14,991 bases of DNA from a bacterium (GTDB lineage: Bacteria; Desulfobacterota; DSWW01), in NCBI GenBank assembly GCA_040756235.1, contig JBFLZG010000128.1, positions 1-14,991 on the forward strand. The letters are read 5' to 3'. Positions 9,096-14,991 of this stretch are shown piece after piece; within the stretch, counting starts at the first letter, position 1, and each line of letters starts with the position of its first letter. The notes beneath the pieces are model-generated. The model was not told where the DNA came from and did not search any database. It was given only the letters and a program-made list of their open reading frames with translations. The position numbers and the translations under genes were made by a program.

Positions 9096-10508
9096 TCACA
9101 TCTCCTCAGTCCTCGCCCTCCACCCCCAGTAGCGGCGGAGCGCGCCCAGGGCGCGGGCCGCCCCCTGGGGAGATGAAACCAGCGGCACACGCGGTCCGAA
9201 TATTTCCCTGCAGGCCTCTTTCCAGGCCGGGTGCCCCTGGGGCGCGACCACCACCGGCTTGTCGGCCATGGCCGCTTCCAGACGGGCTCGGTCCGCGAAC
9301 ATGGAGGCGACCCGGTTGGCGTGCTCTGCGAGCAAAGGGGACGCTACCGCCCATGGAATCACGGGGATCGCGATCACGGCATCGGCTCCGGGATCCTCGA
9401 GCGCCATCTCCAGGCCGGCCCGGAACAGCCCGGAGGGGCCGACGTCGAGCGGGTTCCCGACGTTCATCCAGGCCGGCGAACGCTGCCGTATCGCTTCCAT
9501 GCCGGACGGCGCCAGCGGGGCCAGGGACATCCCCTCCTGCGCCAGCCAGTCCGACGCCATCACGCCCAGCGAGCCCGAGCCGGTGACGACGAAGACCCTG
9601 TCGCCCTTCAGGGGAGGGCTCAGGGCAAACACCCTGGCCGTCTCGAGCAGCTCGGCCGGGTCGCGCGCAATCCAGATGCCGGCCTGGCGGACGGCTGCCT
9701 TGCCCAGGGTCCCGAATCCGGCGAGCGAGCCGGTGTGGCTCCGGGTCGCCTGTCGGCCCGCTTCGGTCTGGCCGCCCAGGTAGGCGAGCACCGGCTTGCG
9801 CAGGGAGGCGCGACGGGCCGTCTCCAGAAATTCCCTGCCGCGCCGGATCCCTTCCAGATAGAGCACGATGACGCGGGTGCGGGGGTCTGCAGCCAGGTAT
9901 TCGAGAAAATCCGTCTCGTCCAGGTCGGCGCGGTTGCCGATCGTCGCCACCTTGCAGATCCGGATCCCCTGGGACTGCGTCGCGTCCATGAGGATGTTCC
10001 CGAAGACGCCGCTCTGCGCCACGATCGAGATGTCCCCGGGCTCCATTTCGTCGATCAAGATCTCGCAGGTCGCGAACCGCTCCGGGACGTTGACCACGCC
10101 GATGCAGTTCGGGCCCATCATCCGCACGCCGGCCTCCCGAGCCATGCGGGCAACCGCCTCCTGCCGCTCTGCGCCTTCGGCGCCCGTCTCTCCGAAGCCG
10201 GCGCTCATGACGATCACCGCGCGCACCCCTTTGCGCAGGCAGTCCCGCATGACGTCCGGGACGAGGGGCGAGGGGACCAGGATGCACGCGAGGTCGACGT
10301 CGACCGGAACGTCCAGGATCGATGGATAGGCGCGCAGCCCGTCGATCTCATCGACATGGGGGTTGACCGGGAAGACCTTGTGTCCGAGGCCGCACCCGGC
10401 GAGGAACGCCGGAAGGCCGTGGCCGAAGCCGAATTGCCGGCTCACGCCGATGAGCGCGATGTTCCCGGGATGGAAAAACCGGCCGATGTCGTCGCGTGAG
10501 GATTCCAT
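9096..10508 (-). CDS. Acyl-CoA synthetase (ADP/NDP-forming) alpha subunit / CoA-binding protein
   Basis: CoA-binding domain (IALIGVS..PVNP..VDLA..SAGFGE), GPNCIG, AQSG, GNRADL, LYLEG, phospho-His motif SHTGSLAG, NPLD. 470 aa with no ATP-grasp domain. SD GAGG before ATG 10508. Confidence 0.88.
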   Translation of the reverse strand: MESSRDDIGRFFHPGNIALIGVSRQFGFGHGLPAFLAGCGLGHKVFPVNPHVDEIDGLRAYPSILDVPVDVDLACILVPSPLVPDVMRDCLRKGVRAVIVMSAGFGETGAEGAERQEAVARMAREAGVRMMGPNCIGVVNVPERFATCEILIDEMEPGDISIVAQSGVFGNILMDATQSQGIRICKVATIGNRADLDETDFLEYLAADPRTRVIVLYLEGIRRGREFLETARRASLRKPVLAYLGGQTEAGRQATRSHTGSLAGFGTLGKAAVRQAGIWIARDPAELLETARVFALSPPLKGDRVFVVTGSGSLGVMASDWLAQEGMSLAPLAPSGMEAIRQRSPAWMNVGNPLDVGPSGLFRAGLEMALEDPGADAVIAIPVIPWAVASPLLAEHANRVASMFADRARLEAAMADKPVVVAPQGHPAWKEACREIFGPRVPLVSSPQGAARALGALRRYWGWRARTEEM

Positions 10509-10619
10509 GTCGACCTCGCTGGCCCGCCCGCCAACAGTCATCTCCCGGCACTTCTGATTCTGACGGACTATGCCCCACCGTTCCCTTGAGCGTCAACAAA
10601 GGCCGGTAGCACTCGGTTA

Positions 10620-10639
10620 GCAGCTGGGCTGGGATGACG
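10620..10639 (+). repeat. Family A right-end remnant
   Basis: GCAGCTGGGCTGGGATGACG versus GCAGTTGGGCCGGGATGACG at the end of the 4173-4290 copy; possible degenerate left end GTCATCTCCCGGC at 10537-10549. Confidence 0.65.
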
Positions 10640-10680
10640 ACAAGGTGAGGTGCTCCGCACGCCGAAGCCATCCTCTTTAC

Positions 10681-10795
10681 CGTCATTCCGGCGAAGGCCG
10701 GAATCCAGTCCCTGCACACCGTGATTACACCTGTTCCTTGGGGCAGACTTCTGGATCCCGGCTCCCACGCGCTCCGCAGCAGGGCCGGGATGACG
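10681..10795 (+). repeat. Family A ~115 bp palindromic element, complete copy 3
   Basis: CGTCATTCCGGCGAAGGCCGGAATCCAGTCCCTGCAC ... CTGGATCCCGGCTCCCACGCGCTCCGCAGCAGGGCCGGGATGACG. Confidence 0.92.
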
Positions 10796-10830
10796 AAGCA
10801 TGCCGTAGCGAGCGGGCCGGTGAGCACTCG

Positions 10831-10860
10831 GTAGGGTGGGCAAAGCGAAGCGTGCCCACC
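10831..10860 (+). repeat. GTAG-type REP, second subtype
   Basis: GTAG followed by stem GGTGGGCA / TGCCCACC (GTAGGGTGGGCAAAGCGAAGCGTGCCCACC); single copy in the window. Confidence 0.75.
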
Positions 10861-10902
10861 AACCGCGGCCAAGAACCGAAGGTGCCGATACCCCCGGTGA
10901 CC

Positions 10903-10935
10903 GGGAGGTTGCCGCGGCCCTTCGTGCCTCGCAAC
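10903..10935 (+). repeat. Family C right-half remnant
   Basis: GGGAGGTTGCC..CTTCG..CCTCGCAA resembles GGGAGGTTGCTTCGCTACCCTCGCAAT at 12030-12056. Confidence 0.55.
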
Positions 10936-10971
10936 ATCCGCTCGCCATGTGGTCACGTCTCGTATTTTCTC

Positions 10972-10995
10972 GTAGGGGCGCTGCTTGCTGCGCCC
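10972..10995 (+). repeat. GTAG-type REP (family B)
   Basis: GTAGGGGCGCTGCTTGCTGCGCCC; exact inverted copy of 3169-3192. Confidence 0.88.
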
Positions 10996-11013
10996 GCTCT
11001 CGCTTGATGTGCG

Positions 11014-11667
11014 TCACGTTTCGCGCGGCTTGCGGCGCAGCGCGCCCACGGGGCAGACGTCCGCGCATTTCGCGCACCCCGTGCAGGCGGTCTCGGCGAG
11101 CGGTTCCATGCGGAAGGGGGCGACCCTCGTCTCGAGCCCGCGGAGCACGAAATCCAGGGCGCCGTGGTTCAGGACCGACCGGCAGACCCAGACGCATCTC
11201 CCGCAAAGGACGCACCGGTTCGGGTTCAGGACGATCTCCGGGTGGCTGGAGTCAACGGGCATCTCGGTGGCAAGTTTCCGCAGCCTCTTCGGACGCAGCG
11301 GAATCTTGAGCTCTTTGGCGATTTGCTGGAGAGCGCAGGACTTGTTGGCCGGGCAGTTCCGGCAGTCCAGATCATGCCGGCTCATGAGCAGCTCGAAGGC
11401 GGTCCGGCGCAGGCGATCCACTCGTTCGGAACGGGTGCGGACCCTGAGCCCTCTGCGGACCGGCTCGCTGCAGGCCGTCACAGGCGCGTCCCGGCCTTCC
11501 ACCTCCACGAAACAGAGCCGGCAGGCGCCGAACGGCTCCGTTCTCTCCCTGATTGCGCAGAGGTGGGGAATGTAGATCCCGGCATCCAGGGCCGCCCAGA
11601 GGATCTTCTCGCCGGCCCTGGCCGTGACGGGTCGATCGTCCAGGTAGAAGGTTACCCTTGATTCCAT
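11014..11667 (-). CDS. HoxU/BamI/NuoG-N-terminal-like Fe-S subunit ([2Fe-2S] + His-ligated [4Fe-4S] + 2x[4Fe-4S])
   Basis: IPHLC..GACRLC..TAC; HDLDCRNC..C; CVLCGRCVWVC; CTGCAKCADVCPVGAL, followed by the stop. 217 aa from ATG 11667; the upstream ORF extension is repeat-derived. Confidence 0.9.
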   Translation of the reverse strand: MESRVTFYLDDRPVTARAGEKILWAALDAGIYIPHLCAIRERTEPFGACRLCFVEVEGRDAPVTACSEPVRRGLRVRTRSERVDRLRRTAFELLMSRHDLDCRNCPANKSCALQQIAKELKIPLRPKRLRKLATEMPVDSSHPEIVLNPNRCVLCGRCVWVCRSVLNHGALDFVLRGLETRVAPFRMEPLAETACTGCAKCADVCPVGALRRKPRET

Positions 11668-11687
11668 CGGATTTCTCAGTCTTGCCT

Positions 11688-11889
11688 CCCCCTCACCCCT
11701 CCCCCGTGCGCGGGGGAGAGGGAGGGAAAACCCAGATACGTTGCCCGGCCTCGGTAAAGGGCGACGCATGCGTCGCCCCTACAAGAGGTGGCCCGCCAGG
11801 GCCGGACGGGCGCAGCAAGCGGCGCCCCCACAAGACCCTGCAGGGGCGCGCATGCGCTTGAATGGCAGGGCTTGCCGGCTTGCCCTGCC
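11688..11889. repeat. Composite repeat cluster: family E hairpin (~11688-11726), family B REPs (11754-11782, 11808-11831), degenerate REP-like hairpin (11864-11889)
   Basis: CTCCCCCGTGCGCGGGGGAG; GGGCGACGCATGCGTCGCCC perfect palindrome followed by CTAC; GGGCGCAGCAAGCGGCGCCCCCAC; GGCAGGGC..GCCCTGCC. Confidence 0.85.
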
Positions 11890-11986
11890 CGGTAAGGGTC
11901 CCTTTCTCCTCACCCCCGGCGCAGGACTCTGTGTCATATTTCCTCATCCCGGCCAAGGCTGCGTGGCGGCCCGCAATACAGCGGAA

Positions 11987-12056
11987 ATTGCGAGGGAGCC
12001 CAAGGCGACCGAAGCAACCCCCTGAGCCCGGGAGGTTGCTTCGCTACCCTCGCAAT
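11987..12056. repeat. Family C palindromic element (ATTGCGAGGG..CGAAGCAACC..GGTTGCTTCG..CCCTCGCAAT)
   Basis: Two nested 10-bp perfect inverted pairs. Confidence 0.8.
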
Positions 12057-12095
12057 CTCCGGATGGTCCCGGTCCCGAGATCCACGGCACAGTGG

Positions 12096-12120
12096 GGATT
12101 CCCGCTTTCGCGGGAATGAC
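12096..12120. repeat. dRS3-like palindrome (family A relative)
   Basis: GGATTCCCGCTTTCGCGGGAATGAC contains ATTCCC-N8-GGGAAT at 12098-12117. Confidence 0.85.
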
Positions 12121-12173
12121 AACCTGATTATGACACAACCGCGGAGGTCGGGGGCCGGTCACCGCTTCCGGAA

Positions 12174-14138
12174 TCAACTGCTGCCTGCGCCTTTTTCGCC
12201 TTTCTCCGGCGCTTCCTGCTCCTCCGGGCGCTTGCCGCGGTCCGGCAGTTGGGTGAGAGGCGAGATCTTCACGACCGCGTCGTACTGCCTGGGGCACGCC
12301 TGCAGGCAGGCGCCGCACTGGATGCAGAGGGCCTGGTCAATCACCTTGATGCGCTTCGGATTCACCCAGATCGCTTCCGTGGGGCAGCTTCCCACACAGG
12401 CATCGCACGTCCGCTCGCATCTGTCGGGAAGGATGTAGTGGGCGGTCAGGGCCCTGCACGCCCTGGCCGGACACCGTCCCTCCCGGATGTGCGCCTCGTA
12501 CTCGTCACGAAAATACCGCAAAGTAGTCAGGACCGGGTTCGGCGCCGTCCTTCCCAGGTTGCACAGGGAGCCCAGCCGGATGTCCTCGGCCAGCGACTCC
12601 AGCAGGTCCAGCTGCTCGAAGGTGCCCCGGCCCTGGACCACGTCCTCGAGGATCTCCAGCATCTGCCGGGTGCCGATCCGGCAGAAGGTGCACTTGCCGC
12701 AGGACTCCTTCTGAACAAACTCGAGAAAGAACCGCGCTGTCTCCACCATGCAGTTGTCCTCGTCGAGGACCACCATGCCTCCGGAGCCCATCATGGCGCC
12801 GGCTTCCTTGAGGGCCTTGAACCCGATCGGCACGTCGAGCCGGCTTTCCGAAAGGCACCCGCCTGACGGGCCGCCGATCTGGACGGCCTTGAACGCCTTG
12901 CCCCCGGGCACGCCGCCTCCGATGTCGAAGATCAGGCGCCTTAGGGACGTCGCCATCGGAACTTCCACCAAGCCGGTATTGAGGATCTTGCCGGCAAGGG
13001 CGAAAACCGTGGTGCCTTTGCTCGCCCGCTTCCCGATGGAGGCGAATTTCTGCCAGCCATTCGTAAGAATGTAGGCCACGCTGGCGAAGGTCTTCACGTT
13101 GTTGATCACCGTGGGCTTGCCGTGCAGGCCCTTCTCGGCCGGGTAGGGTGGCCGGATTCTCGGCATTCCCCGCTTGCCTTCGATGGACGCGATCAGAGCG
13201 GTCTCTTCGCCGCAGACGAAGGCGCCTGCGGCCTGAAAGACCCTCATATCGAAGTCGAAGCCGCTGCCGAGGATGTTCTTGCCGGAGAGGCCCAGCTCCC
13301 GGGCCTGGGCCAGGGCGTGCCGGACCCGTTCCACGGCCAGGGGATACTCGGCCCGGATGTAGACGTACCCCTTGCAGGCGCCGACCGCCCGGGCGCAGAT
13401 CGTCACGCCTTCCAGGACGCTGTGCGGGTCCGACTCCAGGAGAGAGCGGTCCATGAAGGCGCCCGGGTCCCCTTCGTCGGCGTTGCAGATGACGAACCGT
13501 TCCGTCTCGCTCGATTCCCGGCAGGCCCTCCACTTCTTCCAGGTCTCGTAGCCGGCGCCTCCGAGGCCTCTGAGCTGCGCGCTCCGGACGTCCTGGATGA
13601 TCTCTGCCGGATCCTTCTCCAGGGCCGCGGCCAGGCCGCCGTAGGCACCCGTGGCGATCGCGGAACGGATGTCCATGGGGTCGATGCGGCCGCACTTCGC
13701 CAGGAGCAACCTGAGCTCGTGGGCGCTCCTCGGGAAGTCCGATAAGGCCGGGACAAGATCGTGGGGCTCCAGAGCGCCGAGCACGTACTCCAGGCAGGGG
13801 TCGTCTTCGAGCAGGAACCTCTTGACCAGCACGCTCGCCAGCCCGGGTTTGACCGGCCCGTAGAGGACGGGCGGCCATCCGGGCTTCGCGATCGTGACCA
13901 GCGGCTCCGCGTAGCAGTGCCCGTTACAGCCGACCTCGACGATCGCCGCGTCAATGCCGAGGGAGCCGGTCTCTTCCCGCAGGGTCTTCAAGGTCTCCAG
14001 GGCACCCGCGGCGCGCCCGCACGTCGCGGTCCCCACCATGAGGACCGGGCGGCCACCCTTGCCGGGCTCGGCCCATTCGGCCTCGGAAGCCCGACGGATT
14101 CTTTCCAACTCCGACCGTACGTTCCCGTTCGCGCTCAT
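12174..14138 (-). CDS. NADH-binding FMN/Fe-S subunit, NuoF/HoxF/HydB(BfuB)/BamH family
   Basis: ATG 14138 overlaps the upstream TGA (ATGA); N-terminal thioredoxin-like domain (TCG..GCNGHC); NADEGDPGAFMDR, YIRAEY, GAFVCGEETAL, NNVKT, KAVQIGGPSGG, ESCGKCTFCRIG..LCNLG; C..H..CPARAC site; C-terminal 2x[4Fe-4S]. The ORF-track extension to 14801 is a shadow over the upstream gene. Confidence 0.93.
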   Translation of the reverse strand: MSANGNVRSELERIRRASEAEWAEPGKGGRPVLMVGTATCGRAAGALETLKTLREETGSLGIDAAIVEVGCNGHCYAEPLVTIAKPGWPPVLYGPVKPGLASVLVKRFLLEDDPCLEYVLGALEPHDLVPALSDFPRSAHELRLLLAKCGRIDPMDIRSAIATGAYGGLAAALEKDPAEIIQDVRSAQLRGLGGAGYETWKKWRACRESSETERFVICNADEGDPGAFMDRSLLESDPHSVLEGVTICARAVGACKGYVYIRAEYPLAVERVRHALAQARELGLSGKNILGSGFDFDMRVFQAAGAFVCGEETALIASIEGKRGMPRIRPPYPAEKGLHGKPTVINNVKTFASVAYILTNGWQKFASIGKRASKGTTVFALAGKILNTGLVEVPMATSLRRLIFDIGGGVPGGKAFKAVQIGGPSGGCLSESRLDVPIGFKALKEAGAMMGSGGMVVLDEDNCMVETARFFLEFVQKESCGKCTFCRIGTRQMLEILEDVVQGRGTFEQLDLLESLAEDIRLGSLCNLGRTAPNPVLTTLRYFRDEYEAHIREGRCPARACRALTAHYILPDRCERTCDACVGSCPTEAIWVNPKRIKVIDQALCIQCGACLQACPRQYDAVVKISPLTQLPDRGKRPEEQEAPEKGEKGAGSS

Positions 14139-14716
14139 TTCGGGTCCGTGTCTTTCGTCATCTGCGGAAGGCCCGAATCGGCCTCCGAATTCTCCTTGCC
14201 CCGGCCGCCGGGCTGCCCCTCCGGCTGCCCGTCGCCCCCGGACAGGCGGATGGCCAGGAGGATCCCGTCGACCCGGGTCGGCATCATGGAGCCGTGGACT
14301 TCCTCGCCGACCAGGGCGACCGGCGCCATGGCGCAGCACCCGACGCAGGCCACGCGGTCCAGGCTGAACATCCGGTCTGCGGTGACCTCGCCCTCGCGGA
14401 TCCCGAGTTTCGTCTCCCACACCCTGAGAATACTGTCCCCGCCCTTGATGTGACAGGCGGTTCCCATGCAGACCTTGACCGGGTGCTTGCCCGGGGGGAT
14501 GAACCGAAACTGATTGTAGAAGGAGGCGACGCTGTAGACTTGTGTCTGATGGATTCCCAGGGCGCAGGCTACCTCGAGCATGGCTCGCCGGGGGAGATAG
14601 CCGAAAAGCTTCTGCACCCGCTGGAGCACCGTGATGAGGCTCGTCTGATCGGGAGAGAGGGCGGAGAGAAGCTTCTTCGTCTCCTCGGCGACCTGTTCCT
14701 GGCTTTCCGTTTCCAT
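14135..14716 (-). CDS. [2Fe-2S] subunit, NuoE/HoxE/HydC(BfuC)/BamG family
   Basis: LITVLQRVQ..GYLP, VYSVASFYNQF, VCMGTACHIKG, VACVGCCAMAP; low-complexity C-terminal tail. Confidence 0.93.
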   Translation of the reverse strand: METESQEQVAEETKKLLSALSPDQTSLITVLQRVQKLFGYLPRRAMLEVACALGIHQTQVYSVASFYNQFRFIPPGKHPVKVCMGTACHIKGGDSILRVWETKLGIREGEVTADRMFSLDRVACVGCCAMAPVALVGEEVHGSMMPTRVDGILLAIRLSGGDGQPEGQPGGRGKENSEADSGLPQMTKDTDPK

Positions 14717-14749
14717 ACTGGGCTCGATCCTCGCTGCCGTGAAATAACC

Positions 14750-14758
14750 ATATTAGCA
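14750..14758 (-). promoter_or_regulatory. Possible extended -10 promoter (TGnTAATAT) for the Fe-S/flavin genes
   Basis: AT-rich patch in GC-rich context ~34 nt upstream of ATG 14716; the minus strand reads TGCTAATAT. No convincing -35. Confidence 0.3.
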
Positions 14759-14795
14759 TCTCGTTCGCGCGAAAAGGAGGGGGGCCATCTTGCTC

Positions 14796-14852
14796 CGTCA
14801 TTCCGGCGAGCCCCGGATCAGGTCCGGGGCGGGGCCGGACACCCCGTCCCTG
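14796..14852 (+). repeat. Family A left arm with a nested hairpin GCCCCGGATCAGGTCCGGGGC (14810-14830)
   Basis: CGTCATTCCGGCGA + [GCCCCGGA-TCAGG-TCCGGGGC] + GGGGCCGGACACCCCGTCCCTG, compared with CGTCATTCCGGCGA-AGGCCGGAATCCAGTCCCTG. Confidence 0.75.
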
Positions 14853-14862
14853 TGTTGTATTT

Positions 14863-14890
14863 GTAGGGGCGAATGATTATTCGCCCCTAC
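14863..14890. repeat. GTAG-type REP, perfect two-ended palindrome
   Basis: GTAGGGGCGAAT-GATT-ATTCGCCCCTAC (12-bp stem). Confidence 0.9.
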
Positions 14891-14921
14891 CGGATCCGGC
14901 TGGCGCGCGCTGACTCTTCGT

Positions 14922-14962
14922 CCCTTCTCCCCTCGTCGAGGGGAGAAGGTCGGGATGAGGGG
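14922..14962. repeat. Family E hairpin with GGGATGAGGGG tail
   Basis: CCCTTCTCCCCTCGTCGAGGGGAGAAGGTCGGGATGAGGGG; inverted copy of 1-34. Confidence 0.9.
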
Positions 14963-14991
14963 TGAATGTGCTGCCGTGGGGGGGGGGGGCG

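Noticed and set aside
10348..11013. ORF 10348-10956, in frame with the hoxU-like TGA (possible selenocysteine or readthrough)
   Set aside because: The TGA follows a complete domain and is not at a Cys-equivalent position; the downstream peptide is repeat-derived (WIPAFAGMT) and overlaps the next gene.
11014..14716. Calling these genes respiratory complex I nuoEFG
   Set aside because: There are no membrane or other nuo subunits, the G-like protein is only 217 aa, and the F-like protein has extra HydB-type Fe-S domains.
14139..14801. 875-aa N-terminally extended NuoF
   Set aside because: The extension overlaps the nuoE-like gene in another frame and starts within a repeat; ATGA coupling at 14135-14138 marks the likely start.
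14978..14989. G12 homopolymer as a phase-variation tract or G-quadruplex
   Set aside because: It lies at the extreme sequence end, where poly-G read artefacts are common; no context to support a function.
2934..14990. CRISPR array or integron attC interpretation of the repeats
   Set aside because: No regular repeat-spacer period and no cas or intI gene; the elements lack RYYYAAC..GTTRRRY ends.

Overview
High-GC bacterial window, plausibly from an anaerobic Desulfobacterota/deltaproteobacterium-like organism (inference from gene content only). One + strand gene (exported Spy/CpxP/ZraP-family protein) converges on a run of 11 - strand genes. In transcription order these are: NuoE/HydC-like, NuoF/HydB-like and HoxU/BamI-like Fe-S/flavin subunits with no catalytic subunit in view; an ADP-forming acyl-CoA synthetase alpha subunit; a Cys-rich 4Fe-4S protein; a GT-C (PMT_2/ArnT-like) membrane glycosyltransferase; oppB-oppC; an RfbD-like SDR; and oppD-oppF. 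No oppA is present. The most striking signal is non-coding. Every long spacer in the - strand run, and both window ends, is a mosaic of several palindromic repeat families: a ~115 bp dRS3-like four-arm element, GTAG-type REPs, CCCTCTCCC..GGGAGAGGG hairpins, ATTGCGAG..CTCGCAAT elements and one nested hairpin. They show compensatory base changes, a recurring module order and nesting. Two direct copies of the ~115 bp element bracket the SDR gene that interrupts the opp operon. No transposase, RAYT, integrase, CRISPR array, tRNA or rRNA is visible. All calls come from reading motifs by eye; no database searches were run.
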